A stretch of DNA of 64,000 nucleotides from positions 64,001 to 128,000 of IMG/VR virus record IMGVR_UViG_3300042566_000678, one strand, 5' to 3'. A model generated the notes under the pieces. It was not told where the DNA came from, made no database searches, and saw nothing but the letters and a program-made list of their open reading frames with translations. The translations under genes were made by a program, and so were the position numbers. Shown here one piece after another: positions 29,188 to 39,444 of this stretch; the first letter of the stretch is position 1, and every line of letters begins with the position of its first letter. This DNA comes from a virus.

Positions 29188-29768
29188 TATACTAAATTAA
29201 AGTTTATAACACACCGCATACCATTTGTTGGTTGTTCCGCAGTGTGATAGTATTTACCATTAAATATAACTGCTCTACCTTTTTTTGGTGTTATACGATG
29301 TAAAACCTCATAATCGGTATGTTTTAAATCTTTAGCAACATCTTCACCTGCTTCAAATTTTTTATTTACAATTACAGTATCACCATCACTATCCAATACA
29401 TAATATAATACAACCAAATGTTCGGATGTAGAATCTATATGCAATTTATCAACAAATTCTTTTCTCCAATCTGTATTTAATGGGAATTGTAAAAAAGAAC
29501 GGACCTGTAATACATCTTGATAATCAAATCCATATAATTCTGCACCTTTATCACCAACATCTTCAATTAGATTATAAAATTGACTATTTGTTTTATAATC
29601 CAATCTATAATAATGATTCATAACAGGTGTGTTAGTTGATGATATAGTTGGATATGTTGCATCATTCAAATAAAACCAAGGAAACCCACCATTTAATAAA
29701 GTTTCTTTTATTTCATCTTGCTTTTCCAATGATACAATATCATCTACAATCAAAAACTTATCACTCAT
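29187..29768 (-). CDS. 2OG-Fe(II) oxygenase
   Basis: LHID..LYYVLDSDGDT..YYHTA..RCVINFN. Confidence 0.85.
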   Translation of the reverse strand: MSDKFLIVDDIVSLEKQDEIKETLLNGGFPWFYLNDATYPTISSTNTPVMNHYYRLDYKTNSQFYNLIEDVGDKGAELYGFDYQDVLQVRSFLQFPLNTDWRKEFVDKLHIDSTSEHLVVLYYVLDSDGDTVIVNKKFEAGEDVAKDLKHTDYEVLHRITPKKGRAVIFNGKYYHTAEQPTNGMRCVINFNLV

Positions 29769-30334
29769 TATAGTATTTCATCAATTACACCCAAATCCAA
29801 CGCTTCGTCTGCTGGGATGTACCAATCAATCTTTTCTTTATATACTTCCTTCAATCTTGTCTTCTTAATGCCAGTTCTACGGACTGTGAAATCTTCAATC
29901 CATTTCTGTAATCGTTTCATCTCAATCACATCATCATCAATATCCTTCAATGTACCAGCCGATACGGATGAAACTTGGTGATACAATAGAGTTGATGTTG
30001 GGTATGCAAATCGTTTATGACCTCCCAATGTAATTAAGAATCCACAACTCATAGCAACACCTGTAACAATCGTATGTATCGGTGTCGTTGAACGTTCCAT
30101 CACACCTAACAAACCCATACATTGATACACTTGTCCACCATAACTATCTATATATATCTTAATTGGTTGAGGTTCGTATGTTAAACCATGTATAGAATAC
30201 AATTTTTTTAAGTATTCATCATCCTCAACTATATCTACAATTGACTTTGTTAATTCCAATATCGTAGATTGCTCTACCTGTTTGGCAAAGTGTAGTGTTC
30301 TATTTTTAGGTAGTAATAATCCTCCTGCGCTCAT
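29768..30334 (-). CDS. clpP: ClpP-like protease
   Basis: IYIDSYGG, AMSCG (catalytic Ser), LYHQ (His), EALDLGVIDEI. Confidence 0.88.
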   Translation of the reverse strand: MSAGGLLLPKNRTLHFAKQVEQSTILELTKSIVDIVEDDEYLKKLYSIHGLTYEPQPIKIYIDSYGGQVYQCMGLLGVMERSTTPIHTIVTGVAMSCGFLITLGGHKRFAYPTSTLLYHQVSSVSAGTLKDIDDDVIEMKRLQKWIEDFTVRRTGIKKTRLKEVYKEKIDWYIPADEALDLGVIDEIL

Positions 30335-30337
30335 ATA

Positions 30338-31593
30338 TTAATCGTCTAAACTTTCTAAATGGTTAAATTCTGCAATGGCTTCACCTAATTCATCATCACT
30401 CCACTCACTCAAAGAATCTTTTAAATCAGTATTTTCAGTTTCGTAAATAGATTCTGCCATTTCTTTAATACCATAATTCCAAGTAGATTCATCGTACCCC
30501 AAACCTACCGTAATTCCTTTAAAAATATCCAATAACTCGTGTATATCTGTATCTGAATTAGCTAGTTCAATACTAACCTTTCTACCCCATTGTTCTCCTG
30601 TAATCTTTGTAGGTTGTGCACCTTTACTTATATATGTCATATCTATTTTTTGTTTATTACATAGTTGCACACTTCAATACCAAAAAGCACAAAGCGAAAC
30701 CAACTATGAAAAGTATTAGGGGTGTTTTAATTTCCTTCATATCTATTTTGATTCAAAATCTAATTCTAATTGATTACTTCCCGTCGTTGGTTGTTGTGGT
30801 AATGTAGTTGTATAACTCCATGCAGAACCACTTGGATTCCACATCGTTGTTGTAGATGGATTATATGTAATAGAACCATATCCAGGCGTAGCTATAATAG
30901 TTCCACTACTACCGGTTGTTACTGTTAGCGTTGTGTCAGTTCCACAAGTTACCTTATATGGATTGTATGGGTCATATGGTTGGATAAATGGTAATGTTTG
31001 TATTGGTGCAGTATTTGGAACTCCAAATGGAAAAGATGGTGTTGATTCATCCTTAACCTCACCTAACTTATCTTTTAGGGTATCCCACTGCTTTGGTGTG
31101 GGTGAATAATCATTGCAGGCTTCTACAAAACCTTGCATCCAAACTACAAATTCTTTTGATGTCATAATCTTATTTATCTAAATATTCTTTTACTTTACTC
31201 CAATACATATAACCCCTATCAGCTCCCATATCACTCAATACCTCATCACATACCTTTTTGGCAAATAGAATCGCAGTAGGACGATATAACCTACTATAAT
31301 CACTCATCTTCGGTGGTTCTGTGTTCATAAAGAACTCAATCAATTGTTCCCCTTTTTCTTCTGGTGTTATCATCTTATTTATCTTCTACCCAAATGTGCA
31401 TATCACTTTGAATTGGATTGCCGGTATAGTCGGGGTTCAAAACGGATTTCCATTTCTGCCCGCATCTTCTACATTTCATTTTAGATGGCATCCACCCAAA
31501 GTTCGTTTCGTAACGATGTCCTAAAATCTTACATAACAATTTTTTCATTTCAAAGATTATCAAATATGAATTTAGCAAACTTTCTATGTCCAC
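30338..31593 (-). other. Small hypothetical CDSs (30338-30670, 30743-31165, 31170-31373, 31375-31593)
   Basis: Packed ORFs; 30743-31165 is Thr/Pro-rich; 31375-31593 has a CKILGH..CRRCG motif. Confidence 0.6.
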
Positions 31594-32134
31594 TTGAAAT
31601 TAAATGTATCCCATCGGACGAGTCACCACGAAAAATACTATCTTCCATAGGAATTACAACACATTCTTTTAAATCCGTTTGTATTCTCTTTTGTAATGAA
31701 ATGTATCTATTACGGCATTTAGTTTCAACTTCAGCTGAATAGATTGTGGTTTGTATCACTCTTTGTGGATTATACCCAACAATTACAATTGGTACTGCTC
31801 CCATCTTTTTTGCGATGTAAACCATACTTTGAATGTTTTTGATGGTTTCATCCTCTTTAACACTACTAAATGAGTCGTTGATACCACCATAAATTATTAC
31901 AGTATCGTATTCATACGAACCCAATGGATATTTTTCCATTTGATTTAACATCCATTTAGTTCGTTTACCAGCCTTTGAGATGTTATCATATTTAGCGTGT
32001 CTTAACCTTGAAAGTTGATGCTGCCATCCACCTCTATAAGCCGTTAGAGAATCACCAACGAAAAGAATTTTTTCTTCTTCTTCCGTAAATCCCATCAAAA
32101 ACCAACACAATAATGTTATAAGTCCTATTCTCAT
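31550..32134 (-). CDS. SGNH/GDSL hydrolase with signal peptide
   Basis: FVGDSLT, GGIND, DGIHL. Confidence 0.88.
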   Translation of the reverse strand: MRIGLITLLCWFLMGFTEEEEKILFVGDSLTAYRGGWQHQLSRLRHAKYDNISKAGKRTKWMLNQMEKYPLGSYEYDTVIIYGGINDSFSSVKEDETIKNIQSMVYIAKKMGAVPIVIVGYNPQRVIQTTIYSAEVETKCRNRYISLQKRIQTDLKECVVIPMEDSIFRGDSSDGIHLISSGHRKFAKFIFDNL

Positions 32135-32455
32135 TTTAAATATTTTCTAATTCCATACCCAACGATACTGCCGGTATAGTTGTCGTAGATTGTACACAAT
32201 TCCATTCGGAATAAAAATCGTAGGATTTTATTTGTGAACTTCATTTTTGGTTTTAAGTTGTTTGATTTGGTCTTTTAAGGATTTAATCTCGCTCTTTAAT
32301 TGGAATGTTCCAATCATTTGAATAGAAATACACACCAATAGACCTATTAGTACCCATACCAATGTATTATCTCTCTTATTCATAACTTTTTATTTATTTG
32401 AACAAAGATACGAAATTATCCGATTAAATCCAAATAATATCTATATTTTTTTATA

Positions 32456-32544
32456 GGATGGGGGAAACCGAAGATTGGGGGGAAGGCGCACTATCAAAAA
32501 TTTTTAGGTTCGACACCTTTTCTCCCCCCGCCCCCTCCGCGCTA
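32456..32544 (-). ncRNA. G-rich structured element, copy 2
   Basis: Homologous to 7058-7146; followed by a TATCTTTG promoter at ~32403-32434. Confidence 0.5.
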
Positions 32545-33210
32545 CTTAAAGGTGTAACCCGTTAGTTTTTGTATAACTGAAATATCTACTTGATTGTTTA
32601 GGAAACCATCTGGATTAGATAAATCATTATTAAATAGATATGCTAACCATTTGTTTGCCGATGGGATGTGAATTACCTTCCAACATTGTGTAGGAACTGA
32701 TACTAAACCAATCTTCTTTGCTTCTCCTACCGAACCACTCCACACTCTTACTCTATCATTTATTAATGCCCAATCTCTTGTTGCAGTTTCTAATGATTTC
32801 CAATCTCCTGCATTCAATCTATGAGTTTGTGCTACCATATTTGAAAAGTAGAAACACTCATCTTGTACCGCTTGAGTTTGACAAAGATTATCAGCTGCTG
32901 GCATTACGTGCCCTCTATCGTATCCACTCTTTACATAGTAGAATGCAATATTAGTTTCATCCACCAATTGTGGGTCTGGCTTAAAGTTATCCTTTCTTTT
33001 TAGTGGAGTTGGGCAACCCACCATTGCTTTGGTTGTTTCCCATTGTACTAATACAGGGTATCTTTTTGATTTACTGAATGTAGTTGTGTAATTTTGGTGT
33101 TTGATTGTTACTAAATCTTGTGCTACTAATCCACTAGCTACTAAAAGTACTACCGCTAATGTATTCAACCAATTCTTCCATGTTTGTTTGTTCATCGTAT
33201 TCATCTTCAT
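32542..33210 (-). CDS. Secreted DNA/RNA non-specific endonuclease (NucA/EndA-like)
   Basis: YDRGHVMPAAD, FSNMVAQ..LNAGDWKSLE, VPTQCWKVI; signal peptide; ends in TAG. Confidence 0.92.
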   Translation of the reverse strand: MKMNTMNKQTWKNWLNTLAVVLLVASGLVAQDLVTIKHQNYTTTFSKSKRYPVLVQWETTKAMVGCPTPLKRKDNFKPDPQLVDETNIAFYYVKSGYDRGHVMPAADNLCQTQAVQDECFYFSNMVAQTHRLNAGDWKSLETATRDWALINDRVRVWSGSVGEAKKIGLVSVPTQCWKVIHIPSANKWLAYLFNNDLSNPDGFLNNQVDISVIQKLTGYTFK

Positions 33211-34115
33211 TAAAATATTCGTTTAAGTATTGTTTTCCTGATTGTGTTAAATAAATAATTTCTTCCCCTGGCTTTGTATCATCTTCCTTATACATCCCCA
33301 TAAACCCTTTTTCTGTTAGTTCATATACTACCATCCTTGATACTATATATGATTGTAGATACTTTATCTCATTTCCATCTTCCAATGAAATCTCTTCTCC
33401 TTTGAGGAACTTTTGGAAAAAGTAATGATTGATAAACTCATTTGTATCTTTAAGGATTTCTCCTTCTAATTTCATACCAAATAGTCTCTTTACTACCATT
33501 AGGTATTTATCTGTTGCTTCTTGTACTGATTGTGGGTACATATTTGTTATTTGTGAAAGTGAATCATAATACCAGCATCTCCTGCTGATATTATATGTGT
33601 TCCACTTTTGTTTGATACTACATATCCGTATTTAATAAACCGATATATTATTACATCTTTATTTTCGAATGTTGCGTGTATTGCGTTTGTTGCAAAATCT
33701 AAATGTGGGTGTACGATGTGCCCCATTTTCCAACTATCTCTAAACTCTTCTTCTAATTCGTTTGGCGAAATAAGGATTATCATTTAATTAAGTTTCGTAG
33801 TACAATTGTTAAAGATATAAATATCCAAATTGTATTAAATGTTATTAGTGTTGGTAATGATTTCCTCATACTTGCCCATATCAATGCCGATGATGTTGCC
33901 AATGTTAGAAAATGCAATTGCCATATCTCTATACCATATAATAATCCTGGTAATATTACCACTGCCTTTGCCATCCAAGCCATAAACTCTATGGTGTTGT
34001 AATCTGTCCAATAGGATTTCTTACTAAACATTTTAAGTGTGTTCCAAACCTTTTGGTAGCCAATTAGACCATACCAAATTCCAATAAATGTAATAAAAAT
34101 AAGTGTGTTTATCAT
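33134..34115 (-). other. Hypothetical CDSs (33134-33541, 33547-33783, 33780-34115 membrane)
   Basis: Packed ORFs. Confidence 0.6.
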
Positions 34116-34627
34116 TTAGTTTCTTTTTTAATCCAATGTAAAAACATCATAAAAATATATTCATCTTCACCACATACTAACTCATCTCTCCAATGCTCCA
34201 ATTCATGCGAGTTGTAAATCAACAAACCATCACCCAACTTAATATCTTTACAAGTTACAGATTCATCATAATCTTTTGAACAAATAGGCCATTCTATATT
34301 TGATGGATTTTCTATACAAATTGATAATGTTACACCAATATCTTCTCTATCTATATGTTTAGGGAGTCTTGAACCATTTACATATTCTCTACAATATGTA
34401 TTTACAGTTTCTACTTCAAAACCAACTAATTCTTCTATCTTTTCTTTTAAAGTGTGTAACCAAATGTAACATTCAGGAATATCACTTGTCCATACGCCAG
34501 TTGCGCCAGGTGCCGAAGCTGGACTATACTCAACCATATCTGGTCTGTTACACATTAAATCCATAGTTCTTTGTGTTATTTTTTCACAATCTTCTATTGG
34601 GATTACATTTTCTAAATAATGTATCAT
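34112..34627 (-). CDS. 2OG-Fe(II) oxygenase
   Basis: TYCREY..LPKHIDR..LSICI..WPI..GDGLL..LEHWR. Confidence 0.8.
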   Translation of the reverse strand: MIHYLENVIPIEDCEKITQRTMDLMCNRPDMVEYSPASAPGATGVWTSDIPECYIWLHTLKEKIEELVGFEVETVNTYCREYVNGSRLPKHIDREDIGVTLSICIENPSNIEWPICSKDYDESVTCKDIKLGDGLLIYNSHELEHWRDELVCGEDEYIFMMFLHWIKKETK

Positions 34628-34630
34628 AGT

Positions 34631-35794
34631 TTAATTACTTAAAGGTGCTTTAATCTTTGGATGTGATTGGTAATCATTCAATTCAAAACAATCAGGTCTG
34701 TACGATAGTATCTTATCATTAAATGATTTTGGACCTAAATGTTCTTTTACTTTCTCATGCTGATACCAATTTCTTTCTGTTATTGTAATAGTTGGTAAAT
34801 CATATGGTTCTCTACTGATTTGCTCTTTAGCCTGTTCAATATGATTTTTGTATAAATGTACATCGCCCAAATTACCAATCAAATCTTCAGGTATCATATT
34901 AACTTCTTTTGCAATAATCTCTAATAGTAATGCGTAAGATGCTATGTTAAATGGTAATCCTAAAAATGTATCTACACTTCGTTGATTCCACATTAAAGAG
35001 ATTGCTCGTGTTGGGATGTTCAATTCATCTAACACATCAAATGTTATCCTTTTATCTGGAGTCCAGTCAAATTTTCTTTCATTTTTTAAAATAAAAATTT
35101 CAAATCTTTGGTCATAACTCAACTCTCTCGTATAAACTTGGAATCCATAATGGCAAGGTGGTAAAACCATTTGGTCTAACTCTGCTACATTCCAAGCATT
35201 TACCATCAATCTTCTACTATCTGGATTTGTTTTTAGAGAATGAACTAATTGTAGAATCTGGTCATACCATAATGAACCTTTCTCATTACCTCTCATATCT
35301 ACCCAACCTTGCCATTGTCTCCACTGCTTACCATAGATTGGTCCTAAATCACCCCACTTTTTGGCAAAATCTTTATCATTTTTTATTTTACTAATAAATT
35401 CTTCTTTTGTTAAGGGAATTAATTCATCGGTATTACTAAACATCGCTTCAATATGTGGTTGTATTCCCATAATGTCACCACATCTATAACCGTCAATAAT
35501 ATCTTCAACCGCATTAGTATAGTTTTTAAACGCATCACCATCCCAAATGTGGCAATCGTAATCCAATAGGAATTTGATGTTAGTATCACCACGTAGAAAC
35601 CATAGGAGTTCTGTAACAATTGTCTTCCAAGCCATCTTCTTTGTAGTAAGTAAAGGGAATCCTTGTGACATCTTATGACGGATTTGTCTACCGAATACAG
35701 ATATAGTACCCGTACCGGTTCTATCTTGCTTTTCAACTCCGTTGTCTAAAATATCTTCTAATAAGTCTTGGTATTTACTATCTATTGTGTTCAT
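34631..35794 (-). CDS. thyA: Thymidylate synthase with insertions
   Basis: DRTGTGT, FPLLTTKK, ELLWF, LPPCH, QRSVDTFLGLPFN, GDVHLY. Confidence 0.97.
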   Translation of the reverse strand: MNTIDSKYQDLLEDILDNGVEKQDRTGTGTISVFGRQIRHKMSQGFPLLTTKKMAWKTIVTELLWFLRGDTNIKFLLDYDCHIWDGDAFKNYTNAVEDIIDGYRCGDIMGIQPHIEAMFSNTDELIPLTKEEFISKIKNDKDFAKKWGDLGPIYGKQWRQWQGWVDMRGNEKGSLWYDQILQLVHSLKTNPDSRRLMVNAWNVAELDQMVLPPCHYGFQVYTRELSYDQRFEIFILKNERKFDWTPDKRITFDVLDELNIPTRAISLMWNQRSVDTFLGLPFNIASYALLLEIIAKEVNMIPEDLIGNLGDVHLYKNHIEQAKEQISREPYDLPTITITERNWYQHEKVKEHLGPKSFNDKILSYRPDCFELNDYQSHPKIKAPLSN

Positions 35795-36402
35795 TATTTA
35801 ATATATACAAAATTGGTTATACAATATCTACCATATCCACTATATGGTTCTACCTCTTCAATCATTTTAATTGGTGTTACTTCGTGCAATCTCCAAGATG
35901 GAAATACAACCAATCTATTGTTTTTATATGTTATACCCGCATCTAATTCTGGCAATATCAAATCGCCACCTTCAAACTTTTTAGGTTCTTTATGACACCA
36001 ATACAGATAAGTCAATACTGCCGAATCGCTGTGTGCTTTGTAGTAATCTTTTTCTTCATAATAACTTATCAATGTTGAATCACTATTAGTATATCCGATA
36101 TATCTAAAACAATTATCCATACCTTCAAAGTTAGATATAACCTCCAATGAAAATAACTTTCTATTTAAGGTTAGTATATTAGAAAAATCACGTCTTGCAT
36201 ATAACCCATCTAAAAATAAAGCAGAGTTTTTCTTTAATGCTTTTCCCGTATCCAAATCATGTGCAGTACCCGTTTCTTCGGGTGGCATTAATTTTTTATC
36301 ATACGTTAAAAAATCCAATTCTTTCCAAATTTCTATTTGCTCTTCATCGGTAAAAAAATCATCTATAACCAAAAAATCTTTGGAATCACTTGCTACTTTC
36401 AT
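35794..36402 (-). CDS. 2OG-Fe(II) oxygenase
   Basis: YKAHSD..FEGGDL..HEVTP..GRYCI. Confidence 0.88.
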   Translation of the reverse strand: MKVASDSKDFLVIDDFFTDEEQIEIWKELDFLTYDKKLMPPEETGTAHDLDTGKALKKNSALFLDGLYARRDFSNILTLNRKLFSLEVISNFEGMDNCFRYIGYTNSDSTLISYYEEKDYYKAHSDSAVLTYLYWCHKEPKKFEGGDLILPELDAGITYKNNRLVVFPSWRLHEVTPIKMIEEVEPYSGYGRYCITNFVYIK

Positions 36403-36403
36403 A

Positions 36404-37015
36404 TTATTTTCCTATTGACGGATATACAAATAAAAATTTTGAGATAGAGTATCTACCTTTACCTTGCCCAATTTCTTCCATAGATACTGGCGAAACTGAA
36501 TGTACATTGTGTGATGGGAATATAACCAATCTATTGTTTTTCATACTAATAACCTCACCAATTTGATGTAGAGTTAAATCCCCACCTTCAAATGCTTTTG
36601 GTTCTTTATAACACCAATATAAGCAAGTTAGGATTGCTGCATCGGTATGTGGTTTGTAGTGGTCATCATTCTCATAATAATTCAATAGAGTTCTATCAAA
36701 GTTTACATAAAATGCATACTTAAACTCTGGACTCATTGTTGGGAACTTTTCATATACCTCCGTACAAATATACTTATCGTACATATTCAGTATAGATGAA
36801 TCTTCACGTTTCTCATAGTAATCATCTAAAAATATACCAGAGTTCTGTTTGATTATATTACCATCCTCACCCTTTGCTCCAGCAGTAATGCTTGGTGGTT
36901 GTAATGCATCCTTACTTTGTAATGTATCCAACTCTCTCCAAAGAGATATTAGTTCACTCTCATTAAAGAAATCATCTACAATTAAGTATTGTTTAGAATT
37001 ACTTGATACTTGCAT
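36404..37015 (-). CDS. 2OG-Fe(II) oxygenase, tandem paralog
   Basis: YKPHTD..FEGGDL..HSVSP..GRYSI. Confidence 0.88.
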   Translation of the reverse strand: MQVSSNSKQYLIVDDFFNESELISLWRELDTLQSKDALQPPSITAGAKGEDGNIIKQNSGIFLDDYYEKREDSSILNMYDKYICTEVYEKFPTMSPEFKYAFYVNFDRTLLNYYENDDHYKPHTDAAILTCLYWCYKEPKAFEGGDLTLHQIGEVISMKNNRLVIFPSHNVHSVSPVSMEEIGQGKGRYSISKFLFVYPSIGK

Positions 37016-37370
37016 ATCCTGCTTTTTGTTTTATTTTACGATTTTCCTCAAAGTAATCTTCGTTTAATTGTTCACTATATGCATCGCTGAACATAGCATA
37101 TCTAATAAACTCTTTACGATTGTGTTTATCTAAACCACCTATCCCAAACTCGTATTTAGCAATTAGGTTTTTTAGGTTTTCAACCTCTTCGTTTCTAACT
37201 TTATTCTCCATCTCTTGCTCTCCTTGCAAATCATAGATTACGGCTTGTAGAGAATCTGCTTTACATTCTGTTTGTGATACTATCGGTGCAGTATCATTAC
37301 GATGGATTACTACGAATACGATAATTTGTGCTAACACAACACCAAAGATAAATGCGATTAAATATTTCAT
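36999..37370 (-). CDS. Membrane-anchored hypothetical protein
   Basis: N-terminal TM plus coiled coil. Confidence 0.65.
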   Translation of the reverse strand: MKYLIAFIFGVVLAQIIVFVVIHRNDTAPIVSQTECKADSLQAVIYDLQGEQEMENKVRNEEVENLKNLIAKYEFGIGGLDKHNRKEFIRYAMFSDAYSEQLNEDYFEENRKIKQKAGYASIK

Positions 37371-37427
37371 AACTTTTAGATTTTAAATGTTTTACAAATA
37401 TACTACTTTTTGTAGATTTTACCAAAT

Positions 37428-37450
37428 AAAAAAGGGGAAATCTTCCCCTT
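37428..37450 (-). terminator. Intrinsic terminator
   Basis: AAGGGGAA GAT TTCCCCTTTTTT. Confidence 0.7.
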
Positions 37451-37979
37451 AAAATGTTTCTTTTGCTTGTTGTACGTTTATTCGTATGTTTGGGTACTTC
37501 TTTTGCAGTTTCTTTACTGCTTCCACATTCTTTCTGGAATCATCTAAAAAAAATATATCATCGTACCCTTTTTGGATTTGTGTTTCAATCCAATCTGCTT
37601 TCTTTTGTGGGTCATTCGATGCAAGTGTTACAATATAAACATCACCCATACCAATATCTTTTAGGTATTTCTTTACAGGCTCATATGCTGCTCTCGCAGT
37701 AAGGATAGTTACTCTGGCAATTCCCTCATCGTTTATAATCTTTTTAAGATACTTTGTGAACGGACGGATTTGCTTTGGTTTGTTTACCTTTTCAAAATCA
37801 TTAAAATTGAATGTATCACCCGGTCTTTCATCATATACTGCGTACTCACCTGGAGTTAGTTTAGATTTAGAACCATCTTTATGTGTGATGTATATAAATG
37901 ATTTGGTTTTGACAAGTGTGTCATCAAAATCTAAAACTCGTAATCTTTTCTCTACCAATAAATCTTTTAACTTTATCAT
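37449..37979 (-). CDS. HAD-superfamily hydrolase
   Basis: VLDFDDTL, ILTAR, K, FLDDS. Confidence 0.85.
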   Translation of the reverse strand: MIKLKDLLVEKRLRVLDFDDTLVKTKSFIYITHKDGSKSKLTPGEYAVYDERPGDTFNFNDFEKVNKPKQIRPFTKYLKKIINDEGIARVTILTARAAYEPVKKYLKDIGMGDVYIVTLASNDPQKKADWIETQIQKGYDDIFFLDDSRKNVEAVKKLQKKYPNIRINVQQAKETF

Positions 37980-38038
37980 ACTATATATTTTCGTACTTAC
38001 AAAGATAACTATATTATTTGATATTTCCTAGTCTTTTC

Positions 38039-38809
38039 TTAATATTTTTCTACTTTTTTGTAATCAATTATTTCGGTAGGTTTCATAATAATCTCATTCC
38101 AAAGTGCGGTTTTGTTTTTCTTACACTCATCCCAATTCCTACATAAATTGTTTTCATTATCTGGATAAGAGAAACGGAATAGATTTGCTGCTCTATCACC
38201 ATTATCTACCACCAAAGATTTAACGTCTGATTGGAATGCTGCTACTAAATTACCTTTAACCTTTACTAATATATTACTCTCCGGTCTGAAGAATGATTTA
38301 GCTTGTGTAGTAAATGTGGAAATAGAAAATTGAGCTTTATTATCTATACTATCTTGTAAGTTAGCCAATCCTTCCTCACTTGTCCAATGTAATGTTACAA
38401 CTTCAACTGGCTTCTCACCATATGTATCGTTTGTAAATCGTTTATCTAATAGTATATATGGTTCTATTGCACCTCTACTGTAAAAGAATGAAAACTTATC
38501 ATTTTGTATATCAACAATATATTCAGCAAACTCATCAGCTAAACCCCACACTCTATGGTTTATAAAATCTTCTATAAAATCTAATACATTTTTTTGTGTT
38601 AAATCTTCAAACCTTTGTGTTTCTACATATAGTTGAAATCCAAACCATTTGTTTACTAATGCAATTAGTTCTGGACTATTATCAATCATACCACCACGAG
38701 TATCAAACCCCTTCTTTTGTAAAGATAAAAACTCGTTGGCAACGGCTTCCCACTCTGCTATGGTAGCGAAACTTTTATATGGGTGATAATATCCTCTTAC
38801 TTCTGTCAT
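38039..38809 (-). CDS. Hypothetical protein, possible ADP-ribosyltransferase-like fold
   Basis: LHWTS...ISTFT...WNEII spacing. Confidence 0.4.
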   Translation of the reverse strand: MTEVRGYYHPYKSFATIAEWEAVANEFLSLQKKGFDTRGGMIDNSPELIALVNKWFGFQLYVETQRFEDLTQKNVLDFIEDFINHRVWGLADEFAEYIVDIQNDKFSFFYSRGAIEPYILLDKRFTNDTYGEKPVEVVTLHWTSEEGLANLQDSIDNKAQFSISTFTTQAKSFFRPESNILVKVKGNLVAAFQSDVKSLVVDNGDRAANLFRFSYPDNENNLCRNWDECKKNKTALWNEIIMKPTEIIDYKKVEKY

Positions 38810-38812
38810 TAT

Positions 38813-39442
38813 TTACTTTTCGTCTTGTAGGAAATTTGAAATATACCCCGCTAATCTATTTGATTCTGCTGATAAATATGATAATTGTTCTTGCTTCAAT
38901 TGTTTTGGTTTCTTTACCCAATCTACACCCAACGTTCCCATAAACTCATTTGTTCCTAAATTAAACAAACCAAATACATACGATGCTCTAGTACCAACTG
39001 CTTCTGCTCCACCTTTTAATCCAAATGTTGCTATTGTCTCATCGTTAAAATCTGCTATGAATATACTACCATTTTTTAATAATTCATCAAATGCTCTAGA
39101 GTATAATGAAGATGGGATGTTTCTAAATGTATGTGCTATTGGTGATACCCCGCTTGCATTTACTTCATGGAACACAGAAAACTTTTGTATTGATTTTGGT
39201 GAATGTAAAAACTTACCACCATTGTGAAATTGAGAAATCCAAACTCTATCTGCACTCAATGTATCTAATATAGTTTCCAATTCTTTGTTTATAACACAAC
39301 TCTTTGCAAGTTCTTCCTTTACGGGGTCTGTTATTGGTTGGGGTTTTGAAAACTTAACTTTTGCCCATTCTACAACAGTAGGACCTAATGTAGATACTAT
39401 AAATGCAACTGCAATACTAGCAAATATTTCTAAATTATTCAT
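38813..39442 (-). CDS. TM + GAF-like domain protein (T4 T-holin-like architecture)
   Basis: Single N-terminal TM; ADRVWISQFHNG..FMGTLGVDW. Confidence 0.6.
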   Translation of the reverse strand: MNNLEIFASIAVAFIVSTLGPTVVEWAKVKFSKPQPITDPVKEELAKSCVINKELETILDTLSADRVWISQFHNGGKFLHSPKSIQKFSVFHEVNASGVSPIAHTFRNIPSSLYSRAFDELLKNGSIFIADFNDETIATFGLKGGAEAVGTRASYVFGLFNLGTNEFMGTLGVDWVKKPKQLKQEQLSYLSAESNRLAGYISNFLQDEK

Positions 39443-39444
39443 TA

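Noticed and set aside
34631-35794. Intein or intron in the long ThyA
   Set aside because: The extra length comes from two modest in-frame insertions without intein splice motifs or a homing endonuclease.
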